A DNA stretch of 64,000 bases from the NCBI RefSeq assembly GCF_019753045.1, contig NZ_JAIELN010000028.1, forward strand, positions 11,118 to 75,117, given 5' to 3'. This DNA is from Hyphomicrobium sp. (GTDB lineage: Bacteria > Pseudomonadota > Alphaproteobacteria > Rhizobiales > Hyphomicrobiaceae). The notes beneath the pieces are model-generated. The model saw nothing but the letters and a program-made list of their open reading frames with translations. It was not told the origin of the DNA and did no database searches. A program made the translations under genes and the position numbers. Numbering within the stretch: position 1 is the first letter of the stretch; every line of letters begins with the position of its first letter. Below, one piece after another: positions 36,516-46,140 of the stretch.

Positions 36516-36959
36516 GTGTCCATCATTGCTCGGTTGAAACAGTTTTTTGAGAACAAGAAACAGTCTTACGAAGCCTCGGCCGCGATGATCGCTTGCATTG
36601 TCGCCGCGGCCGGCTTCGCTCTTGCGGCAGGGACAATGGGGCTCGCCACGTACGTTGGCCCAATTTTGTCGTGCGTGATTTTCGGAGGAGCTTTTCTGCT
36701 TCTCGCTTTCATCTTCTGGCTGATCGGGCGTTCGAAGACAAACGTCGCCAACCACGAGCTGGAGACGGCAAAGCAAACAGCTTCGGCGAGCGTCAGCGCC
36801 GCTTCAACCGCGATTAAAGCCGTGACGTCTAAACCCGCTAAGTCTCTCAGCACGCTGGATACCATAGCGGCAGCAACACTCTTGGCCTTCTTGCTTTACC
36901 TCGCTGGCCGAAAAACTCCGCCGTCGGTCGAGGATCGGCGGACCTTGCCGCTGAGTTAA
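36516..36959 (+). CDS. Small membrane protein, unknown function
   Basis: GTG 36516 (VSIIARLKQFFENKK...) or ATG 36474. Hydrophobic segments MIACIVAAAGFALAAGTMGLA, ILSCVIFGGAFLLLAFIFWLIG and IAAATLLAFLLYLAG. Confidence 0.45.
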   Translation: MSIIARLKQFFENKKQSYEASAAMIACIVAAAGFALAAGTMGLATYVGPILSCVIFGGAFLLLAFIFWLIGRSKTNVANHELETAKQTASASVSAASTAIKAVTSKPAKSLSTLDTIAAATLLAFLLYLAGRKTPPSVEDRRTLPLS

Positions 36960-36975
36960 CTTCGGATGATGCCGC

Positions 36976-38280
36976 ATGAATAAGGATGATCCCGAAGTAC
37001 AAGCAGATGCCGTGGTCGGACCAAGCAAGCCGAGATTGCTCAGAGTGCTCGGGCCGGGGCTGATCACCGGAGCCTCAGACGACGATCCAAGCGGCATCGC
37101 CACGTACTCTCAGGCAGGCGCTTTGTTTGGATACAGCCTGCTGTGGACCATGCTCCTCACCTACCCACTCATGGTGGCTGTGCAGGAAATCAGCGCGCGC
37201 ATCGGCCGGACGACTGGTAAGGGGATCTGCGGCAACATTATCGGCCGCTTTCCCGCTCCGCTAATTTACGCGCTGGTGGGGCTTCTGTTCTTCGCCAACG
37301 TCATCAACATCGGCGCCGACCTTGGCGCGATGGGCGACGCCGGGGTCTTGCTCATGGGCGGGCCCCGCCTTCTGTATGTTGTCGGCTTGGGCGCGATCTG
37401 CATCCTCATGCAGATCTTCCTCCAGTATGCACGCTACGTTTCCGTTCTAAAATGGCTTGCGCTTGCGCTCTTCGCCTATGTCGCGACGCTGTTTGCCGTA
37501 CGGGTTTCTTGGGGCGACGCCCTGACAGGGCTTTTGTTGCCGAACCTCTCCATGCAGAGCAACTATTGGCAAACCGTAGTTGCGATCTTCGGCACGACGA
37601 TTAGTCCCTATCTCTTTTTCTGGCAGGCCTCTCAAGAGGTCGAAGATATCAATGAAATTCCGAGGCGGCAGCCGCTGAACCGGAAGCCGCAGCAAGCGAA
37701 AAGCGCACTCCAGCGTATCCGCCTCGACACGGCCGTTGGCATGGCCTTCTCGAATCTGGTCGCAATATCGATCATGATGACGGTTGCGGCCACGCTTCAC
37801 GTGGCAGGGAAAACGAATATCGAAAGCTCGGCGCAGGCTGCCGAAGCGCTGAGACCGATTGCCGGAGATTATGCATTCTTGCTCTTCGCCGCCGGCATAG
37901 TCGGGACAGGTCTTCTTTCCATTCCTGTGCTGGCAGGTTCGGCTGCCTATGCTGCGGGAGAAACCTTCCGCTGGCGGACCGGACTTGCTCTCGATCCGCG
38001 CGAGGGAAAGGCGTTTTATGCGACGATCGCAGTGGCGACCATCATCGGCACGATCCTGAACTTCACACCAATCGATCCGATCAAGGCGCTTTTCTATAGC
38101 GCAGTTGTCAATGGCTTGGTCGCCGTTCCAGTCCTGATCGCGATGCTGATTCTCGCCCGCGATACTCGAGTGATGAAAACCTTCCGCATTCAAGGAATGC
38201 TGCTGACGCTAGGATGGATCACTGTGATTGTGATGGGCGCGGCCGCCGCAGCGATGGGCGCGCAGTTTTTTGCCGGTTGA
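36976..38280 (+). CDS. NRAMP-family divalent metal cation transporter
   Basis: 434 aa. LGPGLITGASDDDPSGIATYSQAGA signature and ~11 TM segments. Confidence 0.85.
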   Translation: MNKDDPEVQADAVVGPSKPRLLRVLGPGLITGASDDDPSGIATYSQAGALFGYSLLWTMLLTYPLMVAVQEISARIGRTTGKGICGNIIGRFPAPLIYALVGLLFFANVINIGADLGAMGDAGVLLMGGPRLLYVVGLGAICILMQIFLQYARYVSVLKWLALALFAYVATLFAVRVSWGDALTGLLLPNLSMQSNYWQTVVAIFGTTISPYLFFWQASQEVEDINEIPRRQPLNRKPQQAKSALQRIRLDTAVGMAFSNLVAISIMMTVAATLHVAGKTNIESSAQAAEALRPIAGDYAFLLFAAGIVGTGLLSIPVLAGSAAYAAGETFRWRTGLALDPREGKAFYATIAVATIIGTILNFTPIDPIKALFYSAVVNGLVAVPVLIAMLILARDTRVMKTFRIQGMLLTLGWITVIVMGAAAAAMGAQFFAG

Positions 38281-38530
38281 TTAGAGCGACCTAACAGGGT
38301 TCCCAGTCGAGCTCGTAGAGGGGACATCGCGCAGCGTCTTCTCGATGAGGACGACTGACTTCTGGAGTTCGTCGATAGCAACTGACGCGCCGACATTTCT
38401 CAGGAGACGTATTCAACTGATCGAGCGGCACTGGATGCCACTTTGCAAACGATCCAATCGCGAAAGCAAAAACTCCGCTGGCTAAGACTGCTCCATTCGC
38501 TGTAGAAAACATGAAGCAAGCCTCAAGCGC

Positions 38531-39500
38531 GTGCGGAAGTGCGGCTTACCAGCTTCCCCTTACGCCCTGACAACACCAAACAATCCGAGTCTGACGTTGC
38601 TGAAAGCCTGGACACTCCGCCTCCACCGATGGTTGGCGCTGATTTTTTGCATTGCCCTTGATGATCATCTTTTTGACGGGCCTCATCCTGGCATTCGAGC
38701 CCGCGATTGTGGCTTCGACGTTGAAGCCCAAAGTTGTCGACGCGACCAAAATCGAAGCGGCTCTCGCAAAGCATGATCCGCAAGGCACCGTAGACCGCAT
38801 CTTTGTTCACGGTCATCTCGGCACGCTTGTCCTCCGCGACCGTGGAGGTACGGAAATCGATCTTGAGACCGGCGAGATCGCCTGCCAACCGAGCACCACG
38901 CTTGCCGTGTATTCGCTGGCGCGCCGGATTCACAAAACATTACTGCTCGAGGACGGCGGTTGGGGCGTCACTATCTCCACCATCGCGTTGCTCTCTCTGG
39001 TTGTGATCGGGCTCGTGATGGGTATCAGACCATTACGCAACACGGTCAGCGGCTGGCACACGGCATCCGCATGGACTGCCCTGCCGCTCATCCTCATCGC
39101 GCCGCTCACCGGGCTGGCGATGCTATACAAAGTCACGTTTTCAGGGCCGGAGCCGATTATTGCGGCCGACGCTACGCCGCGCTCGATCATCGAAGCGCTG
39201 CGCATCGTTGCACGCGAACGAGATCTGTCGACGCTCTTGACCCTGCGTCTGAGAAAAAACGGTGCCGAAGCGCGATTCATCGAAGACGGCGAATCTCGCA
39301 ACTATGCCGTTTCGACCGGCGGACTCGTTGTCAAACCGCGTAATTGGCCGAAGCTGCTTCATGAAGGCAACTGGGCGGGCATTTGGTCCGCTTCGGCCAA
39401 CGCGGTAACTTCGCTTGTACTGAACCTGTTGCTTTCGACCGGGCTTCTTCTGTGGGCGCGACGCCGGCTAAGGCGTCGCAACCTTCACGCGGCGCCGTGA
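38531..39500 (+). pseudogene. PepSY-associated TM-helix protein, interrupted by a 1-nt frameshift in a T6 run
   Basis: ORF 38531-38776 encodes ...LLKAWTLRLHRWLALIF. ORF 38652-39500 continues LPLMIIFLTGLILAFEPAIV... Removing one T from 38643-38648 joins them into the canonical HRW...TG..L.FE N-terminal helix. Confidence 0.65.
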
Positions 39501-39689
39501 AATCACCCCGGATTCGGCAGGAAAAATTCCCGGCCAATTAATCAGCACACATTGCTTATGTGACACTTTTGTGCCAACGCGCGCCATAATGTTTTGTGTT
39601 TTTGTATACATTATTGTGAGCTTGTGTTCCGCATGATGTTTACCCCTCAAATTTTCGTATTGAGGGAAACGGAATGACTTGGGACGTGC

Positions 39690-41354
39690 GTGTTCACTCG
39701 GCGTGCGCAGCGCTGCGCTTTGGTGGGTTCCTTCACGGTTGCCAATGCGCAAGAAGAAGGAACGGCGCTCCCCCCGGTTACCGTTATGGCGACCGACCAA
39801 CAAGCCCCCGCCAAGAAAGCAGCAAGCAAAAAGTCAAAGGCGTCTCAAAGCGGTTCGTCTGCTTCCGCACAAGCGCCAGCAACGCAACCATCGGATTCCC
39901 AGTCCGCAACTCCGACCGTTGATCCCGGCAATGCGGTCAACAATTCCGCGGTCACCCACGTATCTTCGCACTGACGAATTCCGCGACCAGCACACGCTAC
40001 GGCTTAATAACGACCAAGGTTCGGCCAACCGCGATACGCATGAAGTTCGCAATCGCATCCGTGAAACATACGGCAGCTATCTGGAATGGCAGCACGCATT
40101 CAGCGGGCTTTCGAGTTCAAGCGTCTTCTTTGACTACCAGCGCGCGCGCGAGGACACGACACGAAAATCCACGCAAACGAGCCTGCCGGGCGGCTCGCCC
40201 GTCGTACAGGCGCCACGCTTCGTACCCATCGATCTCGAACGCATCGCGTCCGGTGGCTCTGTCACAACGCGCGTCGGTCGCCATGAACTCGAAGCCGGAA
40301 TAGGCTGGGCGCAGACGCAGCGGGCCGAGAACGAGGTGCGCGGTCTGACCAATGTTCCGCTTCCCGAGCGCAACTACGAGATCAGCGAAGAAATTTATCA
40401 CGCCTACGTCAGCGATGCGTTTTCGGTTTTCGGCCATGACAAGCTGACGCTTGGCCTGCGGTTCGAATATAGCGTCACCGAAACGGTAGATTTTGCGAAG
40501 AACAGCTTCGATAACGACGCAGCAGATTTAAATCCGTCGATCCAATACAAGCTCTCGGCGGCCCCGAACCTCGACTTCAGGGTAGGCGTCGCCCGGACGC
40601 TGCGTCGTCCCGACCTGCGCGACCTGACGCCTACGATCGTTACCGGCAGCGGAACGCTTGCCGATCCGGATCAGCGGAGCAATCCCGACATCTCGCCGGA
40701 AAAGATATGGGGCTTGGATGTCGGCACCGATTTCTTCCTCTTCCAGCGATCTGGACTTTTGTCGGCCAATTTCTTTGCCCGTTCTTTCGAGGACAAGATC
40801 GAGAGAATCCTGACTCAGGAGGGTGGATCCCCCCGCTGGATCTCAACGCCACGTAACGCCGGCGACGGCGAACTCTACGGTGTGGAACTCGAAGGCCGCC
40901 TGCCGATGCATATGATCGGGCTTCCGGATTTGACTCTCTGGGCTAGCGGAACGGCAATCAAGTCGGAACTCACCGATCAGCAGACCGGCCAAACGCGCCG
41001 CTTCGCCGAGCAACCTGACCTGATCACGAACGTCGGCGCCGACTACTACGTGCGAGCATGGGCGACGACGTTCGGCTTGGGCTACAACCGCACATACGCT
41101 TACGATCAAAACATCGAGCAGGTGAACGGGACAACCCAGCATACGAGCTTCTCGAATCTCGACCGCTTGGATGCTTCGGCACGCATCTCGCTCGATGAGC
41201 ACGTCGTTCTGACTTTGTCGGCCAGCAACTGCTTCACCCCGACGATGATCGCACGTTGACGACGCGGAATTCCGCCGGGACGATCACAGCCCGGACCCAC
41301 AGCATCGAGCCCTCGCCATCGGTCTACTACGCTCGCCTGTCGTACGGCTGGTAG
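39690..41354 (+). pseudogene. TonB-dependent outer-membrane receptor, degraded (plug region missing, at least 2 frame changes)
   Basis: Frame 0 (39690-39974) holds a signal peptide, LPPVTVMATDQQ and a low-complexity linker, then a stop. Frame 1 (to 41259) holds beta-barrel-like sequence. Frame 0 resumes to give the typical C-terminus ...SVYYARLSYGW* (stop 41352-41354). The total is ~555 codons against 650-800 for intact receptors. Confidence 0.7.
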
Positions 41355-41618
41355 CAACGATTGAGCGCCAACGATGAGGCACAGAGAATTTGCGCACGGT
41401 CTTGCGATCGTGCGCAAATTTTGTTTCCGGAGCGTCGTGTGCGCGGCAAAGACCCGACAGGTACAAGTAGAAGTGCCTGCCCAGGCCAATGTGATTTCGA
41501 GCAAAATCACTAAGGTTTTACAGCACGGGGCCTACCAAGAGGCCGTACATGGGCTTTCGCGGAGAGTGAGGATCCGTGAAGGATTGAGCTGAGCGGCGGC
41601 GATCAGAATGATCCTGGC

Positions 41619-42071
41619 TTAAGCTCCCGTCACAGCTTTCTCAAGTTGTACCTGGTCGCGTATCGCCAGATCATATCCCTTTTCGGGCGTGAAGAAGTCC
41701 GGCACCACATTGAAGATGCGAAAACCGCGCTTCACGTAGAAAATAATGTTTTCGGTCTCCCACGACCCGGTGCAAACGATCAGCCGTCGAACACCACGTA
41801 AACGACAAACCGTCTCGGCTTCTTCTATCAGCCCCGTTGCGATGCCTTCTCCGCGCCGTTCGGGAACAACTGCCAGGCTGACTATTTCTATCGCATTATC
41901 TTCTTCCACAAGTTGAGTTATGCCGACAATCAGATCCCGATCATGGGCCACAAAGACGTTGCCCATCTTGAAGTAGCTGAGGATTTGGCTCTCCGACTCG
42001 TCCGCCAAGCGAAACAAGGGCAGCAACCGCAACCGACTATCTTCGTGAACAGCGATCTGAATACCGGCCAA
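41619..42071 (-). CDS. GNAT-family N-acetyltransferase
   Basis: IVGITQLVEEDNAIEIVSLAVVPERRGEGIATGLIEEAE... (acetyl-CoA-binding R-x-x-G-x-G/A motif). The ORF runs to 42338, but the conserved core begins near TTG 42071, so the start is uncertain. Confidence 0.75.
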   Translation of the reverse strand: MAGIQIAVHEDSRLRLLPLFRLADESESQILSYFKMGNVFVAHDRDLIVGITQLVEEDNAIEIVSLAVVPERRGEGIATGLIEEAETVCRLRGVRRLIVCTGSWETENIIFYVKRGFRIFNVVPDFFTPEKGYDLAIRDQVQLEKAVTGA

Positions 42072-42424
42072 CTGTGCCCCTCTTTCAACGTTGAACTTAC
42101 CCAACTGGCCGATACGCCCCAGACCGAACCTCCGTTTCAAAAATTCTGAAAGTTCAAGACGCGCATGGCCGCCAAGCTGCGTCGGCGTCCTCGTGGAAGC
42201 CTCAATCCTGGTTGATGCCGCAATGAGGACGATGCAAACCACACACACGCGCAATAGTTTCCTTTTCCGTGGGACGAGGTGTGTCAGCCGCTGAATGCAG
42301 AATAGCCACTCCCTATGGAAACAACGCCCAGGGAGCATTGGCGCGTGACACTTCCCCGGATCAATATAAATCGGGAAGGCTGCCCCAGAAGAGCCGGACG
42401 TCGCCAGTCAAAAAGGATTAACCC

Positions 42425-43132
42425 TTGACGCGCGTAGAGACCCTTGCAGAAGCTTTCGCGGACGTCTGCGCGATGACTGCGCCTCTGAATGCCAGACTAG
42501 CCGCGTATGCAAGCAAGCTTCGCGAACTGAACTTCCCTTTCGCTGACGCCTATGACGAGCTCGTCGCGAGACTTTATTCTGGCGAAGTTGGCAGCGCCGC
42601 GCCGGCACTTGGGGACGTAATGCCCCAATTTCTTCTGCCCGACAGATCAGGAACACTCGTCAGTCTGGAAGAGCTGACGTCCAGAGGTCCCATCGTTCTG
42701 AGTTTCAACCGTGGCCACTGGTGTCCATTCTGCCGTATCGCGCTCAAGACGATTGCAGAACACCATCAAGAGATCTCGCAAGCCGGCGCCGAGGTTGTGT
42801 CGATCATCCCTGACCGGCAGCAGTTCACGGACGAACTGCGACGCAGAACGCAGGATACGATCCGCATCCTTACTGACATCGATAGCGGCTATGCTCTATC
42901 GCTCGGCTTGGTGGTTTGGGTTGGCGAGAACCTTAAGACCCTGATGAAGGGGCGCGGCTACCACCTTGACGCGTTTCACGGCAACGACGGTTGGTTCCTG
43001 CCCGTGCCGGCAACGTTTGTGATTGATAATGATGCTCGAATTCTGGCTCGTTTCGTCGACCCCGACTTCCGTAGGCGCATGGAAATTGACGAGATCCTAG
43101 CGGCACTCAAGGGGTCGTCTTCGCGCCGTTGA
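42425..43132 (+). CDS. Peroxiredoxin-like (PRX_like2, CXXC) thioredoxin-fold protein, paralog 1
   Basis: 235 aa, TTG start. FNRGHWCPFCRI (C-P-F-C), ~65-aa helical N-terminal extension, C-terminal FVDPDFRRRMEIDEILAAL. Confidence 0.8.
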   Translation: MTRVETLAEAFADVCAMTAPLNARLAAYASKLRELNFPFADAYDELVARLYSGEVGSAAPALGDVMPQFLLPDRSGTLVSLEELTSRGPIVLSFNRGHWCPFCRIALKTIAEHHQEISQAGAEVVSIIPDRQQFTDELRRRTQDTIRILTDIDSGYALSLGLVVWVGENLKTLMKGRGYHLDAFHGNDGWFLPVPATFVIDNDARILARFVDPDFRRRMEIDEILAALKGSSSRR

Positions 43133-43211
43133 GACTCCGATCAATCCGAACTACATTCGGGCGCAGACAAGGATTGGAGCCCTAATCCTTCTCGAGCGTG
43201 GAGCCTCCAGA

Positions 43212-43922
43212 ATGGCCGAGAAGACGCTTTCGGAAGCCCTACAAGACTGCACGGTCCGTTGCCAGAATATGCAAGCTCCGCTGACGGCAAGGCTCGAAGC
43301 CTTCGCCAACGACGTCCGTAAGCTTAGTCCGGATTTCGCGGACATCGTCGATCGAATGATCGAGCATTTGAAGGCGACGGGTGTTGGCGAAAACGCTCCC
43401 AAGCCGGGTGAGCCTCTGCCGAACTTCATGATGCCGGATCAGAACGGCCGGCTTCAAACGCTCGATGACTTGATCGCGAAAGGTCCCTTAGTCATCGCTT
43501 TCCATCGCGGGCACTGGTGTCCATATTGCCGGATCAATGCGCAAGCCCTCGCAGCAATCTACCGCGAAGTAAAGTCGCTCGGCGCGGAACTCGTAGCGAT
43601 CACCCCGGAAAGTGAGCGTTTCAATGCGGAATTGACGCAAGGAAGCAGAGACACCTTCCCCATTCTCTCAGATATGGACAACGGATACGCGTTGATGCTC
43701 AACTTGGCGTTCCTGGTGAGCGACGAAAAGCGGCGCGCTATGACTGCTGCCGGATGGGACTTCTCGACATTCCAAGGCAACACGCATTGGACGCTTCCAA
43801 TCCCGGCCACGTTCATCGTGGGACAGGACGGCCTGGTAAAGGCGCGGTTCATCGATCCCGATTACCGCAAGCGGATGGATACAGCGGAAATCCTCACCGC
43901 GCTCAAGCGACTTGCGAACTGA
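43212..43922 (+). CDS. Peroxiredoxin-like (PRX_like2, CXXC) thioredoxin-fold protein, paralog 2
   Basis: 236 aa. FHRGHWCPYCRI. Same architecture as paralog 1 (FIDPDYRKRMDTAEILTAL). Confidence 0.8.
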   Translation: MAEKTLSEALQDCTVRCQNMQAPLTARLEAFANDVRKLSPDFADIVDRMIEHLKATGVGENAPKPGEPLPNFMMPDQNGRLQTLDDLIAKGPLVIAFHRGHWCPYCRINAQALAAIYREVKSLGAELVAITPESERFNAELTQGSRDTFPILSDMDNGYALMLNLAFLVSDEKRRAMTAAGWDFSTFQGNTHWTLPIPATFIVGQDGLVKARFIDPDYRKRMDTAEILTALKRLAN

Positions 43923-44847
43923 CGGAAACCGCTGAACCCCTTTCAGGACCGGCAAGTTGTTTTTCCACGGCACGCCAGTCGGCGGCACGGAGCATCTTTA
44001 TGAAAGTGCTAGCAGCCATCGAACGCTGTCTTCCGGCAACAGCATATGCGTAGACGGTTCTGTCGATTTCCAATCCATCTATCCGCAGCTGCTGGGAATT
44101 TGCGCTGAGCACGGAACTCCGCGGTGCTATGCCGATTCCGAAATTGTTCTCTAGGAGAGCCGCCAGATCCGGTTCCGTCGCGATATCGTGCTTTGCCTTC
44201 GGCTGACCGCCATGCGCATCAAGGAACTCAAGAATGTCCTTGGAATTTTCGCAGTTGGTCCGGCACAGAAGTCGCTCCGTAGACAGTTCCGAAGGCGCTA
44301 TCGGCTCACCGAGCGATGCGAGACGGTGCTGGCTTCCGACGACAAGTCGGTATGGCTCGGTGAACAGTTCCCACGAGTCCAGACGTTCCCAAGCCCCTTC
44401 GAGGGGTCCGCCAACCCCGACTTCGGCGTCACCCTTTTTGAGAAGCTCGGCAATCTCATTGTTGGTACCGCGAAAAAAACGCAGTTCAAGACCGGGTAAC
44501 ACGCGCATCAGCTCCGATAGAAATGGGATTAGGAGCATGATGTTCACCGTCACCGAAAGCGCGATAGTGAGCGGCGCGACCGCGCCACTCTTGATCGATT
44601 GCGCCAGCGATTTCGCGTTGAGGGCGCTGTCGTAACACTGCTGCAGCATCGGCAGCATACGCTGGCCAAGTTCCGTCAGGTGCGAGAGATTTCTCTCGCG
44701 GCGGAAGAGCTCCCCTCCCAGCTCATCTTCAAGTTGTTTGATTGCGCGCGTCAGCGACGGCTGCGCGACGTTACAGCTCTCGGCCGCACGAGTGAAGTTC
44801 AGCTCCCGCGCCACGGCAAGGAAGTATCGAACTTGATGCATTTCCAT
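43903..44847 (-). CDS. LysR-family transcriptional regulator
   Basis: HTH MEMHQVRYFLAVARELNFTRAAESCNVAQPSLTRAIKQLE from ATG 44847 (the ORF extends to 45063). Its 3' end overlaps the PRX paralog 2 gene by 20 nt (convergent). Confidence 0.85.
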   Translation of the reverse strand: MEMHQVRYFLAVARELNFTRAAESCNVAQPSLTRAIKQLEDELGGELFRRERNLSHLTELGQRMLPMLQQCYDSALNAKSLAQSIKSGAVAPLTIALSVTVNIMLLIPFLSELMRVLPGLELRFFRGTNNEIAELLKKGDAEVGVGGPLEGAWERLDSWELFTEPYRLVVGSQHRLASLGEPIAPSELSTERLLCRTNCENSKDILEFLDAHGGQPKAKHDIATEPDLAALLENNFGIGIAPRSSVLSANSQQLRIDGLEIDRTVYAYAVAGRQRSMAASTFIKMLRAADWRAVEKQLAGPERGSAVSVSSQVA

Positions 44848-44965
44848 CTGGTTGGGTCCGAACTTCAGTCCGCGGGATATCACCGGGCAAGAAAAGCCGC
44901 CCGATAGCCAAAAGGCATAGAAACTTAGCTCAAACGATATTTCTGATCCAGCGTCCCCGCAGATA

Positions 44966-44979
44966 GTTTGCATGCAAAC
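44966..44979. promoter_or_regulatory. Perfect 14-bp palindrome in the LysR/bdhA divergent intergenic region (candidate LysR operator)
   Basis: GTTTGCATGCAAAC at 44966-44979, between the lysR start (44847) and the bdhA start (45128). Confidence 0.35.
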
Positions 44980-45127
44980 GAAGGCGCGGACGCCGTTAGC
45001 CAATCTCATCGGCTCAAGCCAACGCGAATTCAGCAGACGCCATGCCTCCTGTCGTCTGCCCAAGGATCCGGCAAGCCCTCCCCCGTGCTGGCCGGATCCT
45101 CCCTTACCTCACTTTAGGAGTATCGCC

Positions 45128-45952
45128 ATGAACGTAAATGTCATGACCGGTCTGCCCAGCCTTGCCCGCGAACTCAAGGGAAAATCCGCCATCGTCACGG
45201 GTTCGACCAGTGGGATTGGGCTGGGCATCGCCCGCGCACTTGCGGCGCGCGGCGTGAACATCATGTTCAACGGGTTCGGTTCCCCTTCCGATATTGATGA
45301 TGTACGGACCGAACTCGAGAAAAGCAGCGGCATTGCCACCGCCTTCTCCGGCGCCGATATGTCGAGCGAGCCGGCAATCGCTCAAATGGTCGAAGATGCA
45401 CGAACAGCGTTCGGTCAAATTGATATTCTGGTCAACAATGCCGGAATTCAACACGTGGAGGCGATTGAAACGTTTCCCGTTTCTAAATGGAATGCGATCA
45501 TCTCGATCGACCTGTCGGCGGCCTTTCATACCATTCGCGCCGTCGTACCCGAGATGAAGAAGAGGCATTGGGGCCGCATCGTAAATGTTGCGTCGGCACA
45601 TGCTCTCGTCGCATCCCCGTTCAAGTCCGCCTACGTTGCCGCGAAGCACGGCCTCCTTGGACTTACGAAGACCGTAGCACTCGAGCTTGCGGAACACGGC
45701 ATCACCGCGAATGCTATATGCCCTGGTTACGTCCTCACGCCTCTGGTTGAGAAGCAGATTCCTGAAACCGCCCGCGCGCGTGGCCTCACCGAAGAACAGG
45801 TAATTCGCGACGTCCTGCTGCACGCACAGCCGACGAGAGCTTTCGTCACGACGGAAGAGATAGGGGAAGTGGCCGCCTTTCTTTGCAGCAACGGCGCCAA
45901 ATCCATCACTGGCTCCACTATTCCAGTCGAAGGTGGCTGGACTGCTCAATAG
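45128..45952 (+). CDS. bdhA: 3-hydroxybutyrate dehydrogenase (SDR family)
   Basis: 274 aa from ATG 45128. LKGKSAIVTGSTSGIGLGIARALAARGVNIMFNGFG and YVAAKHG (catalytic Y-x3-K), closely matching the BdhA pattern. Confidence 0.8.
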   Translation: MNVNVMTGLPSLARELKGKSAIVTGSTSGIGLGIARALAARGVNIMFNGFGSPSDIDDVRTELEKSSGIATAFSGADMSSEPAIAQMVEDARTAFGQIDILVNNAGIQHVEAIETFPVSKWNAIISIDLSAAFHTIRAVVPEMKKRHWGRIVNVASAHALVASPFKSAYVAAKHGLLGLTKTVALELAEHGITANAICPGYVLTPLVEKQIPETARARGLTEEQVIRDVLLHAQPTRAFVTTEEIGEVAAFLCSNGAKSITGSTIPVEGGWTAQ

Positions 45953-45976
45953 CGGCGAGCGAACCGAGACGATTTC

Positions 45977-46004
45977 AGCGAGCCTAAGGAGGCTCGCTTT
46001 TTTA
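45977..46004 (+). terminator. Rho-independent terminator downstream of bdhA
   Basis: Stem AGCGAGCCT / AGGCTCGCT (45977-45985 with 45990-45998), loop AAGG, followed by T6. Confidence 0.85.
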
Positions 46005-46140
46005 TTGCCACGCGCAGCAATAGCTTGGCGCTATCGAACAGCAAACAAACCGATATTTAAAATCAGGGCCCGACCTCGCCATTGTGTCTTCGGAACGCGC
46101 TGCGGCGCTTCATGAGTAAATTCCAATTCGGAGACACAAC

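Noticed and set aside
36266-36975. yybP-ykoY (Mn) riboswitch upstream of the NRAMP gene
   Set aside because: No GGGGAGTAG or TTGACATA-type conserved cores are present. The space is largely occupied by a small membrane-protein ORF.
37447-38193. 248-aa minus-strand ORF
   Set aside because: Antisense to the NRAMP transporter gene.
38291-38512. 73-aa minus-strand ORF
   Set aside because: No RBS, no motifs, odd composition (Cys/Arg-rich tail). It lies in the short gap between the NRAMP and PepSY genes. Insufficient support.
39586-39614. Fur-box-like inverted repeat ATAATG-N17-CATTAT upstream of the TonB-dependent receptor pseudogene
   Set aside because: The arms are only 6 bp with non-canonical spacing, and the region is generally AT-rich. 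It cannot be told apart from chance without a position-weight-matrix scan.
45104-45949. 281-aa minus-strand ORF
   Set aside because: Antisense to bdhA (an SDR with clear cofactor and catalytic motifs).
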